Of a stretch of 64,000 nt of DNA, positions 1 through 8,973 are shown in pieces; within the stretch, counting starts at the first letter, position 1, and each line of letters begins with the position of its first letter. Position numbers and translations under genes: made by a program. The DNA is taken from assembly GCA_965262115.1 (NCBI GenBank), contig OZ253496.1:2620265-2684264 (forward strand), written 5' to 3'. Source of the DNA: Nitrospinales bacterium (GTDB lineage Bacteria; Nitrospinota; Nitrospinia; Nitrospinales; VA-1). Below the pieces are notes generated by a model that did not search any database, had not been told where the DNA came from, and worked only from the letters and a program-made list of their open reading frames with translations.

Positions 1-794
1 CCCGTTGCGATTTGGGTGTTAGTGAATGCCAGTACGGCTATTTCGTCTATCGCCAGCGCACTGCCGGCATTAAACCCGAACCATCCGAACCATAAAAGTC
101 CTGCCCCCAGAAGAGTGAGAGGCAGGCTGTGGGGTATCATGAGTTTTCCCGGGAAGCCTCGGCGCTTTTTAAGAACTAAGGCGGCGGCCAGAGCGGCGGT
201 GCCTGAAGCGATATGAACTACTGTGCCACCCGCAAAATCCAGAGCTCCGAGGTCGCCCAACCACCCGCCACCCCAGACCCAATGGCAAATAGGATCGTAA
301 ACCACGGTGGACCAAATGAAAATGAAGGCGACATAAGCCTTAAAGTCCACCCGCTCGGCCATTCCTCCGCTGATGAGTGCGGCGGTGATGATGGCGAACA
401 TTAGCTGAAACATGCTGAATAGATATTCCGGGATGGTGCCGGAAAGGTCCTTATAATCAATGCCTATAAAGAGAGCTTTGCTCAGGTCTCCGACAAAATG
501 TCCGATATCGTTACCAAAGGCTAAAGAATAGCCAAACAGCACCCATTGGATCGTGATGACTCCGAGTGGTACAAAACTGTGCATCAATGTACTGAGAACA
601 TTCTTGCGCCGCACCATGCCACCATAAAATAGTGCCAGGCCAGGAAGCATGAGCATCACCAACGCCGAAGAAATCAGTATCCAGGCGGTGTCCGGGTAGC
701 TGATTTGAGGGGTCTCCTCAGCTGACGCGATCACAGGAAAGAGCATGAATAAAAAAGTCAGGAAGACTTTGTTCGCTTGAATTCTGATTTTCAT
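1..794 (-). CDS. amtB: Ammonium transporter AmtB (5' part; runs off the window)
   Basis: Hand translation of the minus strand from ATG 794 (absent from the ORF track because there is no stop in the window): MKIRIQ...DTAWILISSALVMLMLPGLALFYGGMVRRKNVLST...FQLMFAIITAALISGGMAER...DFAGGTVVH...WFGWFGFNAGS, all canonical Amt motifs. Confidence 0.96.
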   Translation of the reverse strand, partial: MKIRIQANKVFLTFLFMLFPVIASAEETPQISYPDTAWILISSALVMLMLPGLALFYGGMVRRKNVLSTLMHSFVPLGVITIQWVLFGYSLAFGNDIGHFVGDLSKALFIGIDYKDLSGTIPEYLFSMFQLMFAIITAALISGGMAERVDFKAYVAFIFIWSTVVYDPICHWVWGGGWLGDLGALDFAGGTVVHIASGTAALAAALVLKKRRGFPGKLMIPHSLPLTLLGAGLLWFGWFGFNAGSALAIDEIAVLAFTNTQIAT

Positions 795-861
795 AAAACC
801 CGATCTCCTAAATAAAGTAAAATAGGGGTGGTAGTTAAATAGTTTTCTAATAAGGAGGGTT

Positions 862-877
862 TTCAATTTTTGTACCA
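862..877 (-). promoter_or_regulatory. Possible sigma54 (-24/-12) promoter of amtB
   Basis: Minus strand reads TGGTAC-AAAAA-TTGAA, about 70 nt upstream of the amtB start. Spacing is correct, but it has GA instead of GC at -12. Confidence 0.4.
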
Positions 878-1157
878 ATTGGAAAAACAGCCTTTATAAA
901 GCTGGAGAAAGCTAGTTAATCACTTTAAATACAATTGTTTATATTTATATTTTAGAGCCAGTGGGGTAAAATAAAAGGGTGGGTTGATAGAAGCTAATTG
1001 TTTGCTTAGCAAGCACGGGCTTCCAACAATTGCTATAAAATGTATCAAATTTTTTAGTGTTGGTTTTGAAGCTTGCGATCGATTCCTCTTGGGAATACGT
1101 CAAAAATATGACCGGATAGGAAGAATCTTTCTTGGAGTTTCTGCAGAATGGTTTGTG

Positions 1158-1382
1158 ACCTCCACGGAAAAATTATTCACGGCAACGTATCGCCAGTTTT
1201 CCCCTATTGGGGTGGACCGGGTTCTATTTACCAAGCTGGATGAAAGGTTGAGCTTTGGCTCCTTATTCAACTTTAGAGTACGAAACAGATTGCCTATATC
1301 TTATTTTACATCTGGTCAGCGGGTTCCCGAAGACTTGGAAGCGGCCAGGCTGGAACGGGTAATAAGTTTGATTTTTAACTGA
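1158..1382 (+). pseudogene. flhF: C-terminal fragment of flagellar GTPase FlhF
   Basis: DRVLFTKLDE and ISYFTSGQRVPEDLE are the SRP-family/FlhF G4-G5 region. The P-loop and N-terminus are absent. It lies directly upstream of flhG. Confidence 0.85.
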
Positions 1383-1414
1383 TTTCAAGATAAATTCAAG
1401 GATTAAGGCATACT

Positions 1415-2278
1415 ATGAGTGGTCAGGCAACTACTTTAAAAAGAATGGCATACGAAAAAATGGGGGCATCGAACCTGAGGGTCTTGGCGGTCAGTAGCGG
1501 AAAAGGCGGCGTTGGCAAAACCAACTTTGTTGCCAATCTTGCTTATGCCTTGTCCAAGAGGGGAAAGAGGGTGCTCGTTGTGGATGCCGACTTGGGATTG
1601 AGCAATATTGATATCCTTTTAGGACTGGCTCCACAAAAGCATATCGGGCATGTTCTGTCTGGAGAGTCCAATGTGGAGGATATCATTCTTCGTGGTCCTG
1701 CCGACATTCATGTCCTGCCCGCCGGAGATGGCCTGCAAGAATTAACGCAGTTGCCGTCCGAAAAGAAAATGGTTCTCATGGATGAGTTGGACCGTATTAG
1801 TCAGGGATACGATTTCCTGATTTTTGATACTGGTGCCGGCATATCCACCAATGTCACTTGTTTCTGCAGTGCGGCCCATGAAACGATTCTCATTGCCACC
1901 ACAGAACCTACTTCATTGACTAATGTTTATGCGTTGATGAAAGTCCTTCATAATAAACACGCTCAAAAGCATTTCAGAGTGGTGATCAATTCAGTCAGCT
2001 CGGAGCGAGAAGCGCAGGGGGTTTATCGTAATTTAACGGCGGTTACGGATCGGTTTCTTAAAAATATTTCCGTCGAATACCTGGGCTATATCCTGCATGA
2101 TCCGAATGTGTCCAAGGCGGTGCGGCAACAAAAAGCTTTTTTAGAGTTGTACCCTTTTTCTAAATTCAGTGGGTGTCTCAACGAATTGGCAGAAAAAATT
2201 TCTAAAGAGAAACCCAGTCCCCTGTCACGCGAGGGGGATCAACCTTATTTTTGGCGAAGTGCGTTCCAAGTACAATGA
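1415..2278 (+). CDS. flhG: MinD/ParA-family ATPase FlhG (FleN)
   Basis: Deviant Walker A SGKGGVGKT, DADLGLSNID, DTGAGIS, TEPTSLT; located between flhF and fliA remnants; full length (287 aa). Confidence 0.9.
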   Translation: MSGQATTLKRMAYEKMGASNLRVLAVSSGKGGVGKTNFVANLAYALSKRGKRVLVVDADLGLSNIDILLGLAPQKHIGHVLSGESNVEDIILRGPADIHVLPAGDGLQELTQLPSEKKMVLMDELDRISQGYDFLIFDTGAGISTNVTCFCSAAHETILIATTEPTSLTNVYALMKVLHNKHAQKHFRVVINSVSSEREAQGVYRNLTAVTDRFLKNISVEYLGYILHDPNVSKAVRQQKAFLELYPFSKFSGCLNELAEKISKEKPSPLSREGDQPYFWRSAFQVQ

Positions 2279-2295
2279 ACCCACTTAATATTCAA

Positions 2296-2602
2296 ACTGG
2301 AAGACTTGGGTATTGCCAAGGAATCCGGCGAACAGCAAAGCCTTCTTGATTGCCTGGTGGGCAAAGGGGATTCCGACCCGCAAATTCACCTTCGACTGGT
2401 TGAATTAAAAGAAATCATTGCCAAGGCGATCGATACCTTGCCGGAAAAGGAACGCCTGATGATTTCTCTTTATTACTATGAAGAACTTACTTATGAAAGA
2501 GATTGGGGAAGTGTTGGGCATCACCGAGTCCCGCAAATCCATTCCAAAGCCGTGTTCAGACTGCGCAACAAATTAAAATCCATCATCGCCGAAGAAATGT
2601 AA
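2296..2602 (+). pseudogene. fliA: C-terminal fragment of flagellar sigma-28 FliA, frameshifted
   Basis: AIDTLPEKERLMISLYYYEELT...QIHSKAVFRLR is sigma-28 region 4. The helix MKEIGEVLGITES is present in a shifted frame (ATGAAAGAGATTGGGGAAGTGTTGGGCATCACCGAGTCC). Region 2 is missing. Confidence 0.88.
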
Positions 2603-2625
2603 CCCGTTCTACCCATTAAAAAAGA

Positions 2626-3126
2626 CTATCCCGTCCATTGATCTTCCGGGCAGAGGAATTGTAGAATCTGTACCAAAACCTGTGCCTGTTGCTCCATATC
2701 TCTATGAATTAAACGCATTTCTGATATTTTTTTATCGATAATGGTCGCGAAATATTTTTCTACCGCCCACTTCCTTTGATTTTCTGGAAGAGACTGTAGC
2801 TTGGCCAGTCCGGAAAGGTATATCCAGAATCCACTACATTTGGAGCACTGGTTGATTTCGGTGTCTCCATCGACGCTGAAAAAATGCCGGTAGAGTAAAG
2901 TGGTTTCACAGGCGGGGCAGGTATGCTCGGCACCTCGATAAATTTTTACTCCTTCCGCCCTTTCGATCATTAATAGCGATTGTCCGATACCGGATTTCAG
3001 AGCCCGAATTTTTTTGAATTGGAAACGGTCGAACCACAATCCTCCACATTCCCCCCGGCAGGCTTGGGTTTTAATTCCCGCAACTACGATTTCATGTAAT
3101 TTATTTTGGCAGGTAGGACATTTCAT
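2626..3126 (-). CDS. Double zinc-ribbon (zf-TFIIB-like) protein
   Basis: From ATG 3126: MKCPTC...CRGECGGLWFD and CPAC...CSKCSGFW, two tandem zf-TFIIB-like modules. Confidence 0.7.
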   Translation of the reverse strand: MKCPTCQNKLHEIVVAGIKTQACRGECGGLWFDRFQFKKIRALKSGIGQSLLMIERAEGVKIYRGAEHTCPACETTLLYRHFFSVDGDTEINQCSKCSGFWIYLSGLAKLQSLPENQRKWAVEKYFATIIDKKISEMRLIHRDMEQQAQVLVQILQFLCPEDQWTG

Positions 3127-3140
3127 GATCTGAAGGCAGC

Positions 3141-4112
3141 TCAGTAGATTGGAGATTCTTTTTCTTCTGGAGGTCGGGTTTTCCAGCGACGGTGACCGCA
3201 CATCCAGGGCGCGGGGTTTTCCCTGATAACATTTTCTATGAACTGTTCGCAGTGGTGGGTCCAATTGAGAATATCATTATTCTTGTTGTCAGATTTCGTA
3301 AACTGGATTTCCGGTCCATACTCAATGCGATAGGTTCCCTTATCAGTAGGACGGCAGAATAGTGGGAGGATAGGGGTTCCGGTGCGATAACTCAATAACG
3401 CCAGCGACCGGGGGGTTGCCGCTTTTTTACCAAAAAAGTCAACAAAGACCCCGCCCTTGGCCGTGTTCTGATCCATCATCACTGCGACACTGCCATTGTT
3501 TTTTAGTTCTCTCACGATTTTTAAAGGAGATTCATCACGATAAATAATCTTGTTTCCGGAAGCGGTACGAAAATTTTTTGTCACTCGATCCAGGTAGGGG
3601 TTGTCCAGTTGTCGTACAATGGAAGAAAGTGGACAGATGTCCAGATAACCGTGAAACAATCCCATTATTTCCCAGTTTCCATAATGGGCGGTTAGAAAAA
3701 ATATTCCTTTATTCTTTTTCAAGCACTGGCGCAACAGGTCTAGCCCGGTTGGTTCTCCTTCAATGAGTTCTCGTACCCGTTTTTCCGTATCAGAGGTAGC
3801 CCAGAGGCATTGCAAAGCCGAAACTGTCAGGTTTTGAAATGACTTCTTGATGATTTTATTTTTCTCGTCGGATGACTTTGAATCTCCGAAAACAATATCC
3901 AGATTAATTTTTGCCGATCGTTTACGCCTTCCTGAAAAGAGAAAAGCCAGACGGCCTAAGCTTCTTCCTATTTTTACCACCGCTTGCTGGGATAGGGGAC
4001 GCACCAGCAATAGCAGTAAGTTGAAAAAAGCGTATTCCAGAAAATTCCGGGTCGATTTCAAAGGACGGTTATTGCTCGGCAATGGCGTGGGCGATAGCAT
4101 AATGCCGGTCAT
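3141..4112 (-). CDS. Lipid A biosynthesis lauroyl/acyltransferase (LpxL/HtrB family)
   Basis: AHYGNWE, DQN...VDFFG and C-terminal HRRWKTRP motifs. Exact start codon uncertain. Confidence 0.9.
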   Translation of the reverse strand: MTGIMLSPTPLPSNNRPLKSTRNFLEYAFFNLLLLLVRPLSQQAVVKIGRSLGRLAFLFSGRRKRSAKINLDIVFGDSKSSDEKNKIIKKSFQNLTVSALQCLWATSDTEKRVRELIEGEPTGLDLLRQCLKKNKGIFFLTAHYGNWEIMGLFHGYLDICPLSSIVRQLDNPYLDRVTKNFRTASGNKIIYRDESPLKIVRELKNNGSVAVMMDQNTAKGGVFVDFFGKKAATPRSLALLSYRTGTPILPLFCRPTDKGTYRIEYGPEIQFTKSDNKNNDILNWTHHCEQFIENVIRENPAPWMCGHRRWKTRPPEEKESPIY

Positions 4113-4446
4113 GCGAAATGGAAATGTGGATGGACTTGAGATTTAACTTTTCGAACAGTATTTTTCCTCGGCCACCCATTTTGACGATAGGTTTTCCTGA
4201 ATCCTGGTTGATGACTTCAATATCCTTGAATCCGACATCGCGAGTGATGCCCGTTCCCAGGCTTTTGGATACTGCTTCTTTAACGGCGAATCGGGCTGCG
4301 AAATGTTTTCCAGGGTCTGCCTGGGATTGGCAGTAGTCAATTTCCCTGTCAGTGAATACTTTATTTTCAAAGCGGGTGGAATATTTTTCCAGCGATTTTT
4401 TAATCCGATTTATTTCTATGATATCGAGGCCGGTTCCAAAAATCAT
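4069..4446 (-). CDS. acpS: Holo-[acyl-carrier-protein] synthase
   Basis: GTGLDIIEI, AARFAVKEAVSK, ISISHD motifs. Confidence 0.96.
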   Translation of the reverse strand: MIFGTGLDIIEINRIKKSLEKYSTRFENKVFTDREIDYCQSQADPGKHFAARFAVKEAVSKSLGTGITRDVGFKDIEVINQDSGKPIVKMGGRGKILFEKLNLKSIHISISHDRHYAIAHAIAEQ

Positions 4447-5093
4447 CGAAGTACCTCAGGGTGAACGGATTTCGCATTACCGCGAAGGGCCATTTCGATT
4501 TCGTTGAATGGAATAGCACCAGGCCGGACAAGCCGGACAGGTGTTTCCACTGGGTCAACAAGAGTTGAGGGTTCCCCGCCCGGGCATGGTCCCCCATCAA
4601 GAATCAAGTCGACATGGTTTCCTAAAGATTTCTGTACTTGCTCTGCGGTGACGGGCGGTTCTTCGCCGGAAAGGTTGGCGCTGGGGGCAGTGATAGGCTG
4701 GCCCAGGGATGAAATTAAATTTCGTGTCATGGAGTTTCCGGGTTGCCGGATTCCGATTCGGTTTGCTGACACATTCTCGGTAATAATGGAACGGGATTCA
4801 AAAAGCAGGGTTAATGGGCCCGGCCAGAATTTTTGCATCAAAGCTAAATGAGCCGGAGTGATTTCTTTTACCAATGGCTCAAGTTGTTCTCTTGAACTTA
4901 CCAATAGGAGCAGAGGTTTGTTTTTATCTCGGCTCTTAATTTCAAAGACTCGCTCAACGGCTTCCCGGTTGAAAGGGTCCACTCCCAGACCATAAAAAGT
5001 GTCTGTGGGAAAGGCGATCACTCCACCTTGGAGCAAAACTTTTTGCGCCTGAGCAGAAACAGCGTTTGAGTCAATCTTTAAAATTTGCGGCAT
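4443..5093 (-). CDS. tsaC: L-threonylcarbamoyladenylate synthase (YrdC/Sua5 family)
   Basis: FPTDTFYGLG, IKSR...KPL, WPGPLT, APSANLSG, PSTLVD motifs. Confidence 0.93.
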   Translation of the reverse strand: MPQILKIDSNAVSAQAQKVLLQGGVIAFPTDTFYGLGVDPFNREAVERVFEIKSRDKNKPLLLLVSSREQLEPLVKEITPAHLALMQKFWPGPLTLLFESRSIITENVSANRIGIRQPGNSMTRNLISSLGQPITAPSANLSGEEPPVTAEQVQKSLGNHVDLILDGGPCPGGEPSTLVDPVETPVRLVRPGAIPFNEIEMALRGNAKSVHPEVLR

Positions 5094-5604
5094 GGTGGGT
5101 TTTCAGTTTTTTGCTTTTTTGCGCAACGGCCTTGGCTTGGTCTTTTTTATATTTCGTGAGCTGTCCCGCCAGTTTGTCATTGGACAGAGCAAGGATCTGC
5201 ACGGCCAAAAGGCCTGCGTTCTTGGCGCCGGGTTTTCCAATGCTGACCGTGGCTACGGGAACGCCTCCCGGCATTTGTGCTGTTGATAAGAGAGAATCGA
5301 GACCATTAAGCGGTGTAGAGTCAATAGGAACGCCAATAACTGGAAGTTGGGTTTCTGCCGCCACCACGCCTGCTAGATGGGCCGCACCTCCTGCACCGGC
5401 GATCATCACCTGGATGCCACGGCGTTTGGCCCCTTGCACGTATTTCCGGGTTCTTTCCGGAGATCGGTGGGCCGAGGTGACCAGAACCTCATGAGCTACA
5501 TTGAATTGCTCCAACACCTTGCTGGCTTCTTCCATGATCGTAAAGTCCGAATCACTTCCCATTATAATACCGACTAAAGGTTTGCTCAAAACAATACCTC
5601 CCAA
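5071..5604 (-). CDS. purE: N5-CAIR mutase
   Basis: MGSDSD, SAHRSP, AGAGGAAHLAG, QMPGGVPVATV motifs. Confidence 0.97.
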   Translation of the reverse strand: MGGIVLSKPLVGIIMGSDSDFTIMEEASKVLEQFNVAHEVLVTSAHRSPERTRKYVQGAKRRGIQVMIAGAGGAAHLAGVVAAETQLPVIGVPIDSTPLNGLDSLLSTAQMPGGVPVATVSIGKPGAKNAGLLAVQILALSNDKLAGQLTKYKKDQAKAVAQKSKKLKTHHAANFKD

Positions 5605-5757
5605 CTCAGGAACAGGTTTGAAATAGTGGAGAACTTTTATAGCAATTTTTCAGAATTGGATCAAGCCTTAGGGAAAGGGACCAGTCGTCATCACAGACGG
5701 TTCGAAAACCCGGGAACGAGGCGCAATAGGTCCTTAAAAAGGAAATTCGCCGCCAGA

Positions 5758-5773
5758 TGGCAATATGCTTGCA
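5758..5773 (+). promoter_or_regulatory. Sigma54-type promoter motif with no gene downstream
   Basis: TGGCAA-TATGC-TTGCA matches TGGCAC-N5-TTGC with exact spacing. Confidence 0.5.
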
Positions 5774-5936
5774 ATGAGTGATGAAACTCCCGCCCCGCGC
5801 TATTTTGTATTCTCGGCCATGATGGACTGCAGGTTGAGATTTTTTTAAGGGTTTCTATGTAATTAAACGGTGAAAATAAGTGGAAACCTTACCTCTATAT
5901 TGTATCAAAGTAATACGAGGGGACAAAGAACTACCC

Positions 5937-7169
5937 TCAGGCCGTTTTTCGCCTTCCGTGTTTGATTTCCGGGATGAGCATTAAGGTTGCCAGAAGCATC
6001 ATTGCGCAAGAAACCATGCCGATATATCTGGGGCCGATCAAACCTACCGCCCAGTAGCCAATCAGCGGAACCACGGTGCCGCGGATGCCGGTCAAACTGA
6101 CATGCACCGACATATAGGCGCCGGTTTTTCCGGGAGGGGCGTATTTGGTGACCCACAGGTTCCAGGCGATGCTACCCCCGGCAAAGGCAACCCCTATCAA
6201 GGCTGAGCCCGCCCCGATGACCCAGGGATTGGAGGTGATGAAAAACAGCAGGACACCGGCGCCAAAGGACAGGTTCAGGATCATCCTGAGAACCACGAAG
6301 TTCATTTTATCAAACAGCCGGGCCCAGAATGGAATGAGTAGCATTCTAAGTGTCTCGGGAATAACCGTAATGATCATGGCCACAAAAACAGCTGACCCTT
6401 CAATGCCCCATTGCGGTGAGGTGACATAATCCAATCGCAACGGCAGGGTCCATAAATTAGCAAATCCCATAATGAACCAGGTTAGTAAAACATAGCCGAA
6501 CTAGCGATCTTGCCAGATGTATTTCATGTTCCCGAAAGGATTTTCATGGGGACTCTGATCCATCGTCTTGGACGGTATCTTATAGATGGCCACAGCCTTG
6601 AAAAAGGCGCAGAACCCGAGAAAGATGAAAATCAGTGGGTAATATTCGATATCTTTTTCAAGGATAGTGGACCCGATATATCCGGAGAGGGCGGCCACGC
6701 CCACCGATAAGAGCAAGGGTTTCGAGAAGAATGCCCCACGGCGGTCCGGAGGATAATTGTCCCCATAAATATCGGTGATGAAGGGAAGCAGGGCGCTACG
6801 GCAAATGTATGCGACGATAATAAAAACCGCGAACAGGTGTAAGGACGTGGCCCAGGCGGCAACCAGAAGGCAGGCTCCCGTAATCATAGAGGGAAGCGCT
6901 CCCCATGTCGACTTTTCCCAGTTGGTCGCCGAAGCATAATGCAACAGCACCATGGAAAGGAACATACCCATAAACGGGGCGGCAGCGATCAACGCTTTGG
7001 TGGTTTCGTCGGCACTAAAATACCGGATGGCTATGAACAGGCAGAAAGTTTGCGCTCCGGAAGAAAGAACTCCTTCAAAGCCTCCCCGCCACAAATCACA
7101 GCTATAGGTTTTTTGTGTTATTTCATCAGAAGTCAGAGCGGAGCGGTCCTGCTTGAATTTAGAAGCCAT
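5937..7169 (-). pseudogene. MFS transporter interrupted by one in-frame TAG (6501-6503)
   Basis: The two track ORFs (6501..7169 and 5937..6470) are in the same frame, joined by WQDR*FGYVLLTWFIMGFAN. Multi-TM hydrophobic profile, YPPDRRG loop motif. Confidence 0.8.
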
Positions 7170-7370
7170 AGAATTAAAAATATTCTAACCGGAATACACT
7201 CACGGACCGCTGACTAAAAGGCTTGAAAAACCATTGTTTAATGAGTCCTTTGGATGGGTCTTAAGTGCCTTTTTCGAAATCAAATAATTTTATTTAAACT
7301 TTGGCTTGAAGAATCTGATCTTCATTCGAAACCAAAACTGATATCGCGCACTTTAAAAAGAGAAAGCCTT

Positions 7371-7781
7371 TTACAACCCTCGCCCCGATTCGAAACTGCT
7401 TAAGATTGGGCAGTCGCTGGTGAGTGTGGACTCTTCGCATCGGTGGTTCATTTGTATTAAAACTTTTTTCATGGATTTAAGGCCTTTAATTTTCTGCTCC
7501 ACTCCGTTCAGTTTCCTTTGCGCTTTTTCCAAAACCGGTTCACAATGCTCGTTTTTCTTTATCCGCAATTTCAAAAGTTCCAGAATCCCATTTAAAGTAA
7601 ACCCCAACTTTTGCACACTCCGAATAAAGCGGATCCTGGCAGCATCTTCATCAGAATGGAGTCGGTACCCGATTTCGGAACGCATTGGTAGATCGACCTG
7701 TCTCCTTTTCTCGTAATACCGTAACGCTTCGATATTTACTCCGCACTCCTTTGCCAATCCACCTAGTGTCACGGTTTTCAT
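7371..7781 (-). CDS. Metal-responsive MerR-family regulator (Hg(II)-MerR-like cysteine triad)
   Basis: HTH GGLAKECGVNIEALRYYEK, QKLGFTL, and cysteines at about 80, 115 and 124 (C-x8-CPIL). Confidence 0.85.
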   Translation of the reverse strand: MKTVTLGGLAKECGVNIEALRYYEKRRQVDLPMRSEIGYRLHSDEDAARIRFIRSVQKLGFTLNGILELLKLRIKKNEHCEPVLEKAQRKLNGVEQKIKGLKSMKKVLIQMNHRCEESTLTSDCPILSSFESGRGL

Positions 7782-7800
7782 TTATTGCTCCTTCATAATG

Positions 7801-7832
7801 AATTTACATCCTGTGCTATAGTACAGGGTCAA
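7801..7832 (-). promoter_or_regulatory. MerR-type promoter/operator (long spacer with dyad) driving the regulator gene
   Basis: Minus strand TTGACC-N20-TAAATT with dyad CCTGTAC-TATA-GCACAGG (7810..7827) between the boxes. Confidence 0.8.
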
Positions 7833-7952
7833 GACTTAATTGCAATAGTTACTACTCACTCTTTTTGCGGGATTTTAATTTATCCAGCATTTCCCCTTTA
7901 ACGTAAAAACTCAGGGAAGATATTTTAGTAGGGTTTTTCAATTAGTGGAAAC

Positions 7953-8035
7953 TGATCTTCCCCTGTTTTAGTGGACACCTCCAAAAGTGTATTATCCACA
8001 CTTTTCGATGTGTCCACTAAAACAGGGGAAGATCA
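7953..8035. mobile_element. 83-bp miniature derivative (MITE) of the IS3-family element at 62689..63978
   Basis: Perfect 26-bp TIRs TGATCTTCCCCTGTTTTAGTGGACAC, TG...CA ends, 3-bp flanking direct repeat AAC. The interior is identical to the IS left-end subterminal sequence. Confidence 0.92.
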
Positions 8036-8436
8036 AACCTTCCTCAGACAATCGGACCCGCAATTCGTTTCATCACAATCTCCTCTTTAAGGAAAGCTTA
8101 ACAGAAAGGATCACTCAGCTTTTTAACTCAAATGGCCCACCTCTCTTGATGATGGGGAATACTAAACAGTATTTAACCGGATTTTCCAGGGAAACAACCT
8201 TATTCTTCTCCGTCTTCATGGTGGTGACCTGCTTTCGCAGAAAACGACTTTATAACAAAGGTTGCGCCGCCATCTCAATCAACTTCTACAGTGGAGAACC
8301 TTCAGGAACTCACAGGTTGGTAAAAATTATAGATGAGTGCGCTGAACAGTAATTATTGATATATTCTTAATTTCAACTACCGTGGGATTGGCTTTCCAGG
8401 GCATTATGGTGGTTTCTGTTCTTCCTTAAAAAGACA

Positions 8437-8782
8437 ATGCAAGTGATTAAATTTACTTCCACTTTTTGTTTGCTATTAATTTTCACCCTTCTGGAACCAG
8501 GGTGCTTTACTAAACCATCTTTAGCATCTCCAAAATACGACCGCCTGCCTCCCATAAAGTCTCTTAAAACACCCGATGAGCCTGATAAAAACAGCGTGAA
8601 AAAGATGAAATTTCCACGCCGAATTTACAGACTTCCCCAAAATGATTTCGATATAAAAATTATTCATTCGGACAGAAAAAAGAGCGGCTTTTTTTCAAAG
8701 GACTTATCTCAGGTTGGATTTGCTATCCATTGCTCCGACATCAATGGTGATAGCATCCAGGACATTATTATCGGTGCCCCTT
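8437..8782 (+). pseudogene. Secreted FG-GAP (integrin-alpha repeat) protein, truncated by IS fragment
   Basis: Signal-peptide-like N-terminus, then GFAIHCSDINGDSIQDIIIGAPY (FG-GAP motif), immediately followed by IS sequence. Confidence 0.7.
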
Positions 8783-8973
8783 ACCCAGAAGGGCAGAACG
8801 GATTCCCAGATCCCGGGACACCCGGGCAATGCTATCGCCTACTTCAATAACCAATCGAACCGCTTCTAACTTGAATTCTTTACTGAAACTCCTGCGTTTG
8901 GTTCCCATAAAAACACCTCCAAAAGTGTATTATCCACACTTTTCGATGTGTCCACTAAACCAGGGGAAGTTCA
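8783..8973 (-). mobile_element. 191-bp left-end fragment of the IS3-family element (IRL plus 5' orfA)
   Basis: Matches 63788..63978 (offset 55005), differing only within the terminal IR. Confidence 0.93.

Noticed and set aside
16..404. Short + strand ORFs here, and the many antisense/overlapping ORFs throughout the track
   Set aside because: They are shadows of confidently identified genes on the opposite strand or in another frame (here amtB).
3023..3036. 14-nt match (AAACGGTCGAACCA) between CRISPR spacer 1 and the zinc-ribbon gene, suggesting self-targeting
   Set aside because: Only 14 of 30 nt match and the flanks diverge; too short to call a protospacer.
6501..6503. In-frame TAG in the MFS gene as pyrrolysine or programmed read-through
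   Set aside because: No pyl genes in the window, TAG is used as a normal stop elsewhere, and many other accessory genes are also broken.
7987..8352. 121-aa ORF starting within the mini-IS
   Set aside because: Its start derives from IS sequence and it has no recognisable motif; likely spurious.
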